Source: an uncultured Planctomycetales bacterium (GTDB taxonomy: Bacteria > Omnitrophota > Gorgyraeia > Zapsychrales > Fredricksoniimonadaceae). Taken from it: a stretch of DNA of 64,000 bases. Location of the stretch: assembly GCA_964572155.1 (NCBI GenBank), contig CAZNDZ010000001.1:974290-1038289 (forward strand), in the 5' to 3' direction. A program made the position numbers and the translations under genes. Below the pieces are notes generated by a model. The model was given only the letters and a program-made list of their open reading frames with translations. It was not told the origin of the DNA and searched no databases. Shown here in pieces: positions 42,680 to 52,331 of this stretch (positions are counted from its first letter, which is position 1; the number at the start of each line of letters is the position of its first letter).

Positions 42680-44479
42680 ATGTCACAAATTCTCGAACAC
42701 AAACTAGATATTTTAAAATCGGTTTTTGGTTATCAATCGTTTCGGCCGTTGCAGGAGGCGTGTATTGATGCGGTTTTAAATAAGCAGGATACATTGTTGC
42801 TCATGCCAACGGGTGGGGGTAAGTCGATTTGTTATCAGATTCCTGCGTTGATGTTTGATGGGTTGACTGTTGTTATCTCGCCGCTGATTTCGCTCATGAA
42901 GGATCAGGTGAGCCAATTAAAAGCGTTGGGTGTTGAGGCGGAGTTATTAAATAGTTCATTGACGTGGGAAGAATATGCGTATAACAAAGATCGTATTGTA
43001 TCTGGTGTAACCAAGCTGTTGTTCTGCGCGCCTGAGACATTATTTAAAGAAGAGATTTTAGATATGCTCGGGTCCTTAAAGATTGATTGTATCACGATCG
43101 ATGAAGCACATTGTATTTCGGAGTGGGGGCATGATTTTAGGCCAGAATATCGTCGGATAAAAGATATACGCCATTTATTTCCGGATGCAGTCTATTTAGC
43201 AGTGACCGCAACAGCTACACCTCAAGTGCGCCAAGACATCATTGTAAATTTAAACCTTAAGAAACCCTTACAACTGGTTGCTAGTTTTAACCGTGATAAT
43301 TTATTCTATGAGGTAACCCCGCGTAATCGTGGCACGGATCAAGTGGTGGAATTCTTAGAGAGATTTCGTGGCTTAAGCGGCATCATTTATTGTTTTTCGC
43401 GCAAGCAAGTCGACCAATTAACCAAGGATTTAAAACATTTTGGATTCAAAGCATTGCCGTATCATGCAGGTTTAAGCGACGACGTGCGTCATAAAAATCA
43501 AGAAGCGTTTATCCGCGACGATGTGCCCATCATGGTTGCAACCATTGCCTTTGGGATGGGGATTAACAAGCCAAACGTTCGTTTTGTCATTCATCATGAT
43601 TTGCCCAAAAATATTGAGTCTTATTATCAAGAGACGGGTCGTGCAGGGCGCGATGGTTTGCCGTCGCATTGTTTGTTGTTATTTTCTGCAGGTGATGGTG
43701 CGAAAATCCGTTATTTTATTGATCAAAAACCAGACATCGCCCAGAAACGCGTCGCGACCAATCATTTAAACACCATGATGGCCTATGCCCAAGCACACAC
43801 ATGCCGACGCATCCCATTGATCACATATTTCGGGGAAGACTACAAAATAGAAAATTGCGGGCAATGCGATAATTGTGTCAACGGTCATGCAGCGCCTGAG
43901 AATATTACGGTTGAAGCCATCAAATTTTTGCAATGTGTAAGCGAGACGGAAGAACGCTTTGGCGCGGTTTATGTCATTAACATTTTACGTGGTAGTCAGA
44001 TTGAGAAAGTTTTGCAAAACAATCATGATACCTGTGCGACCTTTGGTGCAGGCAAGCATTTAACTGTCTTGCAATGGCAACATTTGGTGTCACAATTCTT
44101 AGCTCAAGATTTGATTAGTAAGAGTGAGGATTATGGTGTCATTAGTCTTAATCAAAACGCTTATGAGGTTCTAAGCGGCAGGCGTTTGGTTTCAGGGTAT
44201 CATTTAGAAGAAGCTAAAAGTTCTAAGAAGACAACCCGACGTGTGGAAGGCCTTGGTGATACTGACCCCGAAGCCGCTTTATTTGAACGTTTGCGCGTTT
44301 TACGTAAACGATTAGCCGATGAAAAAAGTGTACCGCCCTACATTATTTTTTCTGATAAGACCTTACTTGATATGTGCAAACGCAAACCTAAAACCAAGGC
44401 ACAATTTGCGCAAGTTTATGGGGTGGGGGATCAAAAGTTACAAATGTATTGCGATGTTTTTATTTCTGCAATAGGATAA
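42680..44479 (+). CDS. recQ: ATP-dependent DNA helicase RecQ
   Basis: MPTGGGKS, DEAHC, zinc-binding CxxC..C..C RQC region, C-terminal HRDC; 599 aa. Confidence 0.9.
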   Translation: MSQILEHKLDILKSVFGYQSFRPLQEACIDAVLNKQDTLLLMPTGGGKSICYQIPALMFDGLTVVISPLISLMKDQVSQLKALGVEAELLNSSLTWEEYAYNKDRIVSGVTKLLFCAPETLFKEEILDMLGSLKIDCITIDEAHCISEWGHDFRPEYRRIKDIRHLFPDAVYLAVTATATPQVRQDIIVNLNLKKPLQLVASFNRDNLFYEVTPRNRGTDQVVEFLERFRGLSGIIYCFSRKQVDQLTKDLKHFGFKALPYHAGLSDDVRHKNQEAFIRDDVPIMVATIAFGMGINKPNVRFVIHHDLPKNIESYYQETGRAGRDGLPSHCLLLFSAGDGAKIRYFIDQKPDIAQKRVATNHLNTMMAYAQAHTCRRIPLITYFGEDYKIENCGQCDNCVNGHAAPENITVEAIKFLQCVSETEERFGAVYVINILRGSQIEKVLQNNHDTCATFGAGKHLTVLQWQHLVSQFLAQDLISKSEDYGVISLNQNAYEVLSGRRLVSGYHLEEAKSSKKTTRRVEGLGDTDPEAALFERLRVLRKRLADEKSVPPYIIFSDKTLLDMCKRKPKTKAQFAQVYGVGDQKLQMYCDVFISAIG

Positions 44480-44487
44480 TTTTAATT

Positions 44488-44841
44488 ATGCGTCAATTTG
44501 TCTGCACCTTAACTCTGCTCTTATTCTTTATTTGGATTCTTCCTTTAGGGTTTTTTATTAAGCCTTCTCAGGAAAAACAGGTTTGTGGTGGTCAACGCGC
44601 TATCTGTTTGTGTCATGTTGCTACAGCAAAACCACAAGATAGGCCATTGGAAGGTGTTTCTTTAAAAGGTAGTACGGATCATAATGCGAAGAGATCTCCT
44701 GCAAATGGGGGCATTAATTATTTTACTCTTGCTCAATCAATTAGTTTAAAGGGTGTTATTTTAACTTCGCATGTAGAAAGTAATCTTCTCTGCTACAAAA
44801 GTCCTTATCTAGTTAAGCTTGATCACGTCCCAAAAGTCTAA
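44488..44841 (+). CDS. hypothetical membrane-anchored Cys-containing protein
   Basis: ATG at 44488 just after recQ stop; N-terminal TM helix; track start overlaps recQ. Confidence 0.35.
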   Translation: MRQFVCTLTLLLFFIWILPLGFFIKPSQEKQVCGGQRAICLCHVATAKPQDRPLEGVSLKGSTDHNAKRSPANGGINYFTLAQSISLKGVILTSHVESNLLCYKSPYLVKLDHVPKV

Positions 44842-44957
44842 TTTTTTCTTCATAGTTTAGATATCTGATGAATAAGTAGTTTTTATGCTTATTTCATTTC
44901 GTCCTATTTTTAGTCATTCTGAGTCAAAATTCAAGGATGTATAGAAAGAGGTGAATC

Positions 44958-45194
44958 ATGGTAGGTGCGAAAATAGTCTTGGTGAGTGGCATATTGATGG
45001 CGGGAGCTGTTCCACTTCAACAGACTTATATAAATACAAAATTTAATGAAAGAATTCCATTTGTTTCTAAAGGTAGTCATATAAAAGAAGAAGTAGTTTT
45101 TAATAATGGAAATTTAAAGATATTTAGAACATTCGATGAAAACGGTAAGCAAATATTAAATCAAGATGATGGGAATGAATGTGTGGATTTATAA
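44958..45194 (+). CDS. MORN-repeat protein (short/fragmentary)
   Basis: 78 aa, signal-like N-term, one MORN-variant repeat. Confidence 0.4.
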   Translation: MVGAKIVLVSGILMAGAVPLQQTYINTKFNERIPFVSKGSHIKEEVVFNNGNLKIFRTFDENGKQILNQDDGNECVDL

Positions 45195-45224
45195 TAAATC
45201 ATTTAAATAACGGGAGAAACTACA

Positions 45225-45686
45225 ATGAATGAATTTAATGCTATTGTAATGACAACTCTTTTATTATGCCCTGTACATGCAGAAACAAATCGCCCAGCGC
45301 TTAATCAAGTACAAAAAGGGAGCAATGCAAACGATTTGGTTCAGATAGAACAGCAGGATAAAGGCGGTAAGTTAAACGGTTATATTCGCGAGTATTACCC
45401 AAATGGTAATTTAGCATTTGTGCAACAGATGAAAAATGGAAAAATTAATGGTGAAGTTAAGTCTTATTATGAATCAGGAAGTATTAAGGGAGCTGTTCGT
45501 TATATCAATAATTTACAAGAAGGTATATCTAGAGAATATTTTAAGAATGGCGCAATCAAGGAAGAGGTTGTTTATCTTGATGGGCAGATGATGAGTTTAA
45601 AGAAGTTTGATGAGCAGGGAAAGCTTGTGTTTAATCAAATAGGGAAGTTTGATTTTGGATGCGCTGTTAATAGTAATAATGAATAG
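45225..45686 (+). CDS. MORN-variant repeat protein (YwqK-like)
   Basis: Repeated Y(Y/F)xNG.(I/L)K.E motifs x4; signal peptide. Confidence 0.6.
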   Translation: MNEFNAIVMTTLLLCPVHAETNRPALNQVQKGSNANDLVQIEQQDKGGKLNGYIREYYPNGNLAFVQQMKNGKINGEVKSYYESGSIKGAVRYINNLQEGISREYFKNGAIKEEVVYLDGQMMSLKKFDEQGKLVFNQIGKFDFGCAVNSNNE

Positions 45687-46041
45687 TCTAAGAATTTTAC
45701 TCTTGCTATATATGGTCTTTTTCTTTGGTCTTCAACGTGGAATGGCGGAGACTCACATTGAAGACCAAGGAAGAAAGGTTTATTTGACCTATGGATGTGC
45801 TTTATGCCATGGAAAGAATGGTGATGGTCGTGGGATAAATGCTAGAAACTTTGATCCAGAGCCGACTGATTTCCGAGATCCTAAATATTATCGTCATGGT
45901 AGCAATAAAGAAAGCATTCGTCGATCTATAAAGTATGGGATACAGGAACAGGCAAGTGTGATGCCCGCATTTGAGCATCTTACGAAAGAAGAGCTGGATG
46001 AATTAACGGCTTTTATTTTCTCGATGCAAATTAAAAATTAA
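45679..46041 (+). CDS. class I c-type cytochrome
   Basis: CALCH heme-binding motif, downstream Met ligand region; signal peptide from the ATG at 45679. Confidence 0.7.
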   Translation: MNSLRILLLLYMVFFFGLQRGMAETHIEDQGRKVYLTYGCALCHGKNGDGRGINARNFDPEPTDFRDPKYYRHGSNKESIRRSIKYGIQEQASVMPAFEHLTKEELDELTAFIFSMQIKN

Positions 46042-46056
46042 TATAAAGGGGATAAT

Positions 46057-46569
46057 ATGAAAATATTAAAGGCATTTCTAGCAATTATATTTGTATTAAG
46101 TGTGGGGGTGGTAGCTGCCCACGAGGAACATAAAGATACGGTGCTAGAGGATGAATCTATTGTGGTTTTTAATGCTTGGGTAAGGATGATGCCATCATCG
46201 CAGAAGATAACTGCGGCTTATATGGTTATTGAGAATAATCTGGATCATGAAATTATTTTAGAATCAGCTACATCAGCAAATGCGGAAGTTGTAGAGATCC
46301 ATCAAATGACAACAGAAAATGGCCAAATGGTAATGAATATGGTAAATGCGCTCTCAATACCAGCTAAGGGTGAAGTTGTTTTAAGTGAAGGGGGTTATCA
46401 TTTAATGTTGATTAATTTAAAGAAAGCAACGAAGGTGGATGATTTGATACCTATAACGCTTCATATTAAAGGACAAGATGATGTTATGATAAATGCAAAA
46501 GTCAGCGATAAGATGCCATTTAATGAAAAATTTTGTTCTTGTTGTTCTATGCCAAAGAAAAGTAAATAA
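46057..46569 (+). CDS. PCu(A)C-type periplasmic copper chaperone (DUF461)
   Basis: Signal peptide; His/Met-rich HxM..MxxM copper-binding pattern; between cytochrome c and SCO1. Confidence 0.55.
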   Translation: MKILKAFLAIIFVLSVGVVAAHEEHKDTVLEDESIVVFNAWVRMMPSSQKITAAYMVIENNLDHEIILESATSANAEVVEIHQMTTENGQMVMNMVNALSIPAKGEVVLSEGGYHLMLINLKKATKVDDLIPITLHIKGQDDVMINAKVSDKMPFNEKFCSCCSMPKKSK

Positions 46570-46571
46570 CG

Positions 46572-47153
46572 ATGTATAAAAAGTTATTAATAATCTTGGT
46601 TTGCATTGCTACTTCGGTCGGATGTGGACAATCCGAGAATAATGAGAAGCTAAATTTTAGCTATTTGAATCCAAGTAGAGATTTTACCTTGGTCAATCAA
46701 GAAGGTCATCCTTTTCAATTAAAAGATCATCGCAATAAAGTGGTTTTATTATTCTTTGGATATTTAACATGTCCAGATGTTTGTCCTACAATGTTATCTA
46801 AACTAACAAGAGTATATAAACTGCTAAATCAATCCAACATAGGAAATGTTTTAACAGTTTTTGTTTCTGTTGATCCAGAACGAGATACGTCTCCAAAGTT
46901 AAAGGAGTATTTGGAGTATTTTGATATTAATGCTGTTGGTTTGACTGGCACCAAACAAGAGATTGATGTTATTGTAGATGCTTACAAAGCAAATTACGAA
47001 AAAGTACAAGTTAATTCAGCTGTTGGGTATTTGTATAATCATTCAGATTACTTATATTTAATAAATAAGCAGGGCGAAGTTTGTCATTTATTTCGCAGGG
47101 AGGATAGTGTTGATAAGATCGTAGAGATTATTAAAATGTTTAGTAAAAAATAG
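46572..47153 (+). CDS. SCO1/SenC copper chaperone (thioredoxin fold)
   Basis: CPDVCP (CxxxCP) motif, lipoprotein-type N-term (SVGC). Confidence 0.8.
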   Translation: MYKKLLIILVCIATSVGCGQSENNEKLNFSYLNPSRDFTLVNQEGHPFQLKDHRNKVVLLFFGYLTCPDVCPTMLSKLTRVYKLLNQSNIGNVLTVFVSVDPERDTSPKLKEYLEYFDINAVGLTGTKQEIDVIVDAYKANYEKVQVNSAVGYLYNHSDYLYLINKQGEVCHLFRREDSVDKIVEIIKMFSKK

Positions 47154-47208
47154 ACAAATATTTTTAACTGATTTTTAATTTCTTTGTGATATATTACCCA
47201 ACAATATC

Positions 47209-47643
47209 ATGATAAAAAATATTAAAATTTTCCTCATATTTTTGATTTTTGTTCTAGCCGCAGGGTTTACGTTTTATAAAGTTTCTGCATGGCAAAAGCA
47301 TCAGCAGCAGCTTGATTTAGGGCGGGAATTGCGCAAGGCTATTTCGGCGACCATGCTTGATTTAAGCCAAGCTAAGAGTGGTTCTATTCAAGGTGTTCCG
47401 CCAGATGGGCAGTGGCATCATGCGGCGAGTTTTAATACCTATGAGTATGGTCAAATTAGCTATACATTTAAAGATCGTCAGCTGATTCGCCAAGATCCTA
47501 AAGGCCAACAAGTCATAGCGAATCATGTGCATGAATTTAATCTACGACGAACCCCCAGTGACCCTATGATTGTTGATGTAAAGGTCGTTTTAAAGGATGG
47601 AATTTTAATACCACAAAATTTTAGAGTGCGTTTACGGGAGTAA
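47209..47643 (+). CDS. membrane-anchored hypothetical protein
   Basis: 144 aa; N-terminal TM helix. Confidence 0.35.
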   Translation: MIKNIKIFLIFLIFVLAAGFTFYKVSAWQKHQQQLDLGRELRKAISATMLDLSQAKSGSIQGVPPDGQWHHAASFNTYEYGQISYTFKDRQLIRQDPKGQQVIANHVHEFNLRRTPSDPMIVDVKVVLKDGILIPQNFRVRLRE

Positions 47644-47644
47644 A

Positions 47645-48175
47645 ATGGATTTTCAAGACGCATGGGGCAAAGCGCTCAAAGAAACAGAAATTATCCGCTC
47701 ACGGATCATGGGTTTACACACCTTTGATCAAACCCATGTGCCATATGTGTTGCTAAGTGCATCGAGCATAAATCCAGGTGACACTGTTGTGCGCAGTGGT
47801 GAGGTCTTGGTCGATCGTCCGTCGCTCATTTTGCCGCCCCATATCCCACAATTTGAAGGTTTTTCATTTGATGATTTAAATGGCGGTGAAGATGCTCTGA
47901 TTAACTTTTTATTAGTCCGAGGGGTTTCATTACCGTCGTTAAAGTATAACAATAAGACCAATCAGCTAGATGTCTTTGAAGGTAAGGTCGACCAAGCCAT
48001 TGCTCATTTTGGTAATCGTTTGCAACGTGAAGAAAATACGTCGACAGGTTTGATTGTCGCACCAGAAGATGTATGGCAATTTTCTTTGCTCATTTTTATT
48101 TGTTCCCAAATTTCACGCAGTTCGGCATCTGATATTCGCCGCCTACTAGAAGACTTTCGCCGACGCAATGCGTAG
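47645..48175 (+). CDS. hypothetical protein
   Basis: 176 aa; starts 1 nt after previous stop. Confidence 0.35.
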   Translation: MDFQDAWGKALKETEIIRSRIMGLHTFDQTHVPYVLLSASSINPGDTVVRSGEVLVDRPSLILPPHIPQFEGFSFDDLNGGEDALINFLLVRGVSLPSLKYNNKTNQLDVFEGKVDQAIAHFGNRLQREENTSTGLIVAPEDVWQFSLLIFICSQISRSSASDIRRLLEDFRRRNA

Positions 48176-50753
48176 ATTAATCCCCATATTAACAGTACTA
48201 TTGTTGTTATTTAATCCTGCCCGATCTTTTGCAAGTCCTGAAATTCACAAATCTGTTTTAGACAATGGTTTAACGGTGCTGGTCACACCCATGCCATCAA
48301 GCGAAGTGGTGTCTATTTATATGTATGTCAAAACCGGTGCTGCTACTGAAGGTCGATTTACGGGGGCTGGGATTTCGCATTTTATCGAACACATGCTTTT
48401 TAAAGGCACGCAACGCAGAGCAGTTGGTGCCATTGCTAAAGAAGTGAAATCATTGGGGGGTAATATCAATGCCTCAACGGATTTAGATTACACCATATAT
48501 ACGCTTGATTTACCCAAAGATAAATTGAAACAAGGTGTTGATATCATTGCTGATATGTTGCGCAATTCTGTGTTTGATAAAGAAGAAGTTGAAAAGGAAC
48601 GTAAGGTGATTCACGGAGAGATGCGTCTATACTATGACCGTCCAATCCGTCGATTAAGCGTTGATGTCTTTAAAAATGTTTTTAAACATCATCCGTATCA
48701 ACATACAACGATCGGCTATGAAAGTTTGTTCGACGGAATTTCTCGCGATGATCTTTATGGCTACTATCAAAGAAACTATATTCCAAACAATATGATTCTA
48801 TCTTTAGCAGGTGGGTTAGATGCGGATGAAGGACTTAAATTAGCTCAAGAATTTTTTGGTACTTTCAAACCAAAGCCATACCCACAACATAATATTGTTC
48901 CTGAGCCTCCACAAATTTCTGAGCGTTATTATGAAGAATATTATGACACACCGCTGTTTTGGTTTTCATTGGCGTTTCAAGGCATGGCATTAAATGATCC
49001 TGATGTATATGCCATGGATTTACTGAGCATGGTGCTTGGCGGTGGTCAAGGATCTAGGTTTTATAAAGATATTTATCAGAATAAAAAACTTGTCGCTCAA
49101 ATCTCTTGCATAAATTATACGCCTCATCATAAAGGGGTCTTTGAGATTGAAGGGACAATGGATAAAGACAACTTAGCTAAAGTGCGCGAATCTGTTTTAG
49201 CGATTGTCGATGATGTTAAACGTAGAGGGATTACTACGGAAGAATTAGCAAAGATCAAGGTTAAGGCTAGTGCAAGTTTGATATATGACAATCAAACATC
49301 TTCTAGTATTGCGTATAAAGCGGCAACGGATGAGGCCATGACAGGCGATTATCGATTCTCAGAGCATTATGTGGCAATGATAAAGAAAGTCACGAATGAC
49401 GATATTAAGCGCGTGGCGAATCGGTATTTAAATACGTCCTCACTGAGTGTAACAGTTGTTAAGCCATTGGCAGCTAAACCGAAACCATCGTCTAAAAGCC
49501 AGCAGAAAGATAGTGGCAAGATCGAGAAAATTGTCTTGGATAATGGGTTAACACTGTTACTCAAAGAAGATCATACAGCAGCGTTGGTTTCTTTGCAGGC
49601 GGTGCTTCATGGAGGGTTACGTTCAGAGAACAAAGATAATAATGGGATTGCCAATCTCTTTACGTCAGTTTGGACAAAAGCAACCAAGCGCCAATCAGAA
49701 GCGCAAATGATTAAGGATCTTGAGGGTAGGGCGGCATCGTGTGGGGCATATTCTGGTTATAATGCATTGGGCATCACCATGAACTTTTTATCTACAGACA
49801 TCGATTATGGACTAAATCTATTTGCCGATGTGATTAAGAATCCAGTTTTTGAAGACAGTATCATTGAACGACAACGTGATGCCATTTTAGTTGCGATCAA
49901 ATCTAGAGATGATGATATCCGTGCGATGACATTCCGTCGAGCCATGGCTGTTCTATATGAAAAACATCCTAATCACATGGATATTTTAGGAACAAATGAG
50001 ACGATTACTAAAATCACAAGGAAAGATTTAGAAACGTATTATGCCCGTTTTGTTGAGCCTTCAAATTTGGTAATTTCTGTTTTTGGTGATATTGATGCTG
50101 CAAAGGTTAAGGCATCTCTAATAAAATCGTTAGGGGGTCTAAAACGCCGTGATGTTGACATTCCTGTAGTTTTAGAACCAGAACTGAAATCACCTCGCAT
50201 GGAAACAATTAAGACTAAGAAATCACAGGCTGTTTTGGCAATGACATTTTTAGCACCTGCGTTTGCAGACAAAGATCGATTTGCTATGGAGGTGATTAAT
50301 ACGACGTTGGGCGCAGGTTTAAGCGGACGGTTATTTGTAAAAGTACGGGATCAGTTGGGCAAGGCTTACACGGTTGGTTCGTCGTATACACCAGGGTTTG
50401 ATACGGGTAATATTACGCTTTTTTGTTTGACGACCAATGCAAAAGTTGATAGTGTCAAAGAAATCATGGCTAAAGAAATCGCTGATTTAAAAGAGCAGTT
50501 CATGTCGGATGAGGAGTTAAATAGCGTCAAAGCATATATGAAGGGCTCGCATCAAATGGGCTTAAATACCGTAGGGGCCCAAGCTGCACACAGCGCCTTT
50601 AATACCCTCTATGGACTTGGCTATGATTATGATGAACATTTTAATAAGTTCGTCGATGCGGTAAGTAAAGAAGATGTGAAGGCTGCGGCAAACAAATATT
50701 TAAATTCAAATCAGGCAGTTACGATCACCACATTAGGGGAAGACAAATCGTGA
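48168..50753 (+). CDS. secreted tandem (two-unit) M16-family zinc peptidase
   Basis: Signal peptide; HFIEHMLFKGT (HxxEH inverted zincin) in unit 1; unit 2 homologous but lacks HxxEH. Confidence 0.8.
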   Translation: MRRLIPILTVLLLLFNPARSFASPEIHKSVLDNGLTVLVTPMPSSEVVSIYMYVKTGAATEGRFTGAGISHFIEHMLFKGTQRRAVGAIAKEVKSLGGNINASTDLDYTIYTLDLPKDKLKQGVDIIADMLRNSVFDKEEVEKERKVIHGEMRLYYDRPIRRLSVDVFKNVFKHHPYQHTTIGYESLFDGISRDDLYGYYQRNYIPNNMILSLAGGLDADEGLKLAQEFFGTFKPKPYPQHNIVPEPPQISERYYEEYYDTPLFWFSLAFQGMALNDPDVYAMDLLSMVLGGGQGSRFYKDIYQNKKLVAQISCINYTPHHKGVFEIEGTMDKDNLAKVRESVLAIVDDVKRRGITTEELAKIKVKASASLIYDNQTSSSIAYKAATDEAMTGDYRFSEHYVAMIKKVTNDDIKRVANRYLNTSSLSVTVVKPLAAKPKPSSKSQQKDSGKIEKIVLDNGLTLLLKEDHTAALVSLQAVLHGGLRSENKDNNGIANLFTSVWTKATKRQSEAQMIKDLEGRAASCGAYSGYNALGITMNFLSTDIDYGLNLFADVIKNPVFEDSIIERQRDAILVAIKSRDDDIRAMTFRRAMAVLYEKHPNHMDILGTNETITKITRKDLETYYARFVEPSNLVISVFGDIDAAKVKASLIKSLGGLKRRDVDIPVVLEPELKSPRMETIKTKKSQAVLAMTFLAPAFADKDRFAMEVINTTLGAGLSGRLFVKVRDQLGKAYTVGSSYTPGFDTGNITLFCLTTNAKVDSVKEIMAKEIADLKEQFMSDEELNSVKAYMKGSHQMGLNTVGAQAAHSAFNTLYGLGYDYDEHFNKFVDAVSKEDVKAAANKYLNSNQAVTITTLGEDKS

Positions 50754-52102
50754 GTTCCAAGAGTCAAATATTAGCGCTGGAAACGATGATCTTAGAGCGG
50801 GTAAAAGGCCGCATGAAGATCATTCACGACCAAGACGAGCGCATTGAGCTTGCCGCTAAAGTCTTAGACGAGATTTTATTGCACCATGAGAACTTTCGCC
50901 CGCTTTTTAAAGATGATCATGAGAAAAGTAAATTCTTAAATGACTTCTTATCGTATGGGATTCTTGAGGATTTATTGTGTGATGCCAATGTCGAGGACAT
51001 CGTCATCAATGCCTTAAAGCCCATTTATATCCACCATTCCCAAAAAGGTTTTATCCCGACACGACATCAGTTTAAAAATCATGCGGAGTTAAATATTTTT
51101 ATCGATAAGCTTCTGATTTTTTCTGGACGTACCGGCTATAAAAAGATCGCAAACTTAGAACTAATGAATTTAGCAGGTCGTGTGAATATTGTTGATTCAC
51201 CCCTTGGGCCTCAGGTGACGATTACTAAAGCTAAGCTTGATCCATTAAGCATTATCGATTTGATTAAGAGTGGCAGCTTAACCTATGAGGTGGCAGGGCA
51301 GTTATGGCTTTATATGGAAGGTTTATCTGTTCGACCTGCAAACATCATCATTGCCGGTGGTCCGGGGACGGGTAAAACAACATTACTTAATGCGCTTTTG
51401 AGTTTTATCCCTGCCAAAGATCGTCTGGTTGTGATTGAAGATACGTTAGAATTAAATACATTTTTAGAAGATAGCTGCTCTCGTCTAGAAACAGATGATG
51501 AGATCAGTTTAGCAGATTTGGTCAAGAATAGTTTACGCATGCGCCCTGAACGCATCATCGTTGGTGAAGTTCGTGGGGAAGAAGCGCGGGATATGATCAC
51601 GGCTGTTAATGTCGGGAAATACTGCATGGGCACCATCCATGCCTTAACATCTCGAGAAGCGATCTTGCGTCTGCAAAATGAGCCGATGAATGTGCCGGAG
51701 TCGCTGATCAATATGATCGATGTTTTTATCATTTTAAAGCGTTATCACGTTGACGGGCGTATTTTTCGTGTGGTCGATGAGGTTTCAGAAACAAGCGGCA
51801 TGGAAAATCTTAAGGTCTTATTAACACAAGTATTCAAATATAATTTTGAACAAAAGCGCATTTTACCGGTTGCATCTAGTACTGTTTATCGTGATCGTTT
51901 GGCCATGGAGTCAGGTCAAACGCCGCGTGATGTGATCAATGAAACATGGATTCGAGCTGTTGTATTAAAGGCGTTGGTGGATAAGGGTGTGCATACCGTT
52001 AAAGAAGTATCAACGTTTTGCCGTTTTTATGCCAAGTCTCCGGTTGAAGCCATGGTTAGCATCGGCCTTGACCGCGACAAACTGCTCAAAGAAATCCAAT
52101 AA
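50750..52102 (+). CDS. CpaF/TadA/FlaI-family secretion ATPase (VirB11-like)
   Basis: GGPGTGKTT Walker A, VVIEDTLEL, MRPERIIVGEVRGEEA (FlaI/CpaF signature); GTGA start/stop overlap with M16 gene. Confidence 0.7.
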   Translation: MSSKSQILALETMILERVKGRMKIIHDQDERIELAAKVLDEILLHHENFRPLFKDDHEKSKFLNDFLSYGILEDLLCDANVEDIVINALKPIYIHHSQKGFIPTRHQFKNHAELNIFIDKLLIFSGRTGYKKIANLELMNLAGRVNIVDSPLGPQVTITKAKLDPLSIIDLIKSGSLTYEVAGQLWLYMEGLSVRPANIIIAGGPGTGKTTLLNALLSFIPAKDRLVVIEDTLELNTFLEDSCSRLETDDEISLADLVKNSLRMRPERIIVGEVRGEEARDMITAVNVGKYCMGTIHALTSREAILRLQNEPMNVPESLINMIDVFIILKRYHVDGRIFRVVDEVSETSGMENLKVLLTQVFKYNFEQKRILPVASSTVYRDRLAMESGQTPRDVINETWIRAVVLKALVDKGVHTVKEVSTFCRFYAKSPVEAMVSIGLDRDKLLKEIQ

Positions 52103-52251
52103 TTGATAAAAGACGTGTCCCTAAAAAATCGGTATACATTTGTCATTTTTATTGTATAATTTGGACTCTTAAAAGAAGCCTTTTTGCGCCTGTCCTACTT
52201 CGCTCCAAAACTTTCGTTTGGGAGCTTCGAAGGACTAAGACAAGTTATCTT

Positions 52252-52328
52252 GCGCCTGTAGCTCAATTGGATAGAGCATCAGTCTACGGAACTGAGGGTT
52301 AGAGGTTCGATCCCTCTCAGGCGCGCCA
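52252..52328 (+). tRNA. tRNA-Arg (anticodon ACG)
   Basis: GCGCCTG..CAGGCGC acceptor, anticodon loop CTACGGA, GGTTCGATCC T-arm, GCCA end. Confidence 0.8.
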
Positions 52329-52331
52329 TTT

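Noticed and set aside
52140-52160. Promoter for tRNA-Arg (TTGTCA...TATAAT)
   Set aside because: The spacer is only 9 nt and there is no proper TGn extended -10. It is not a credible sigma70 promoter as spaced.
52186-52193. 8-nt duplicate of the tRNA-Arg 5' end upstream of the tRNA
   Set aside because: It is within chance expectation. It is mentioned only as context for the truncated kinase.
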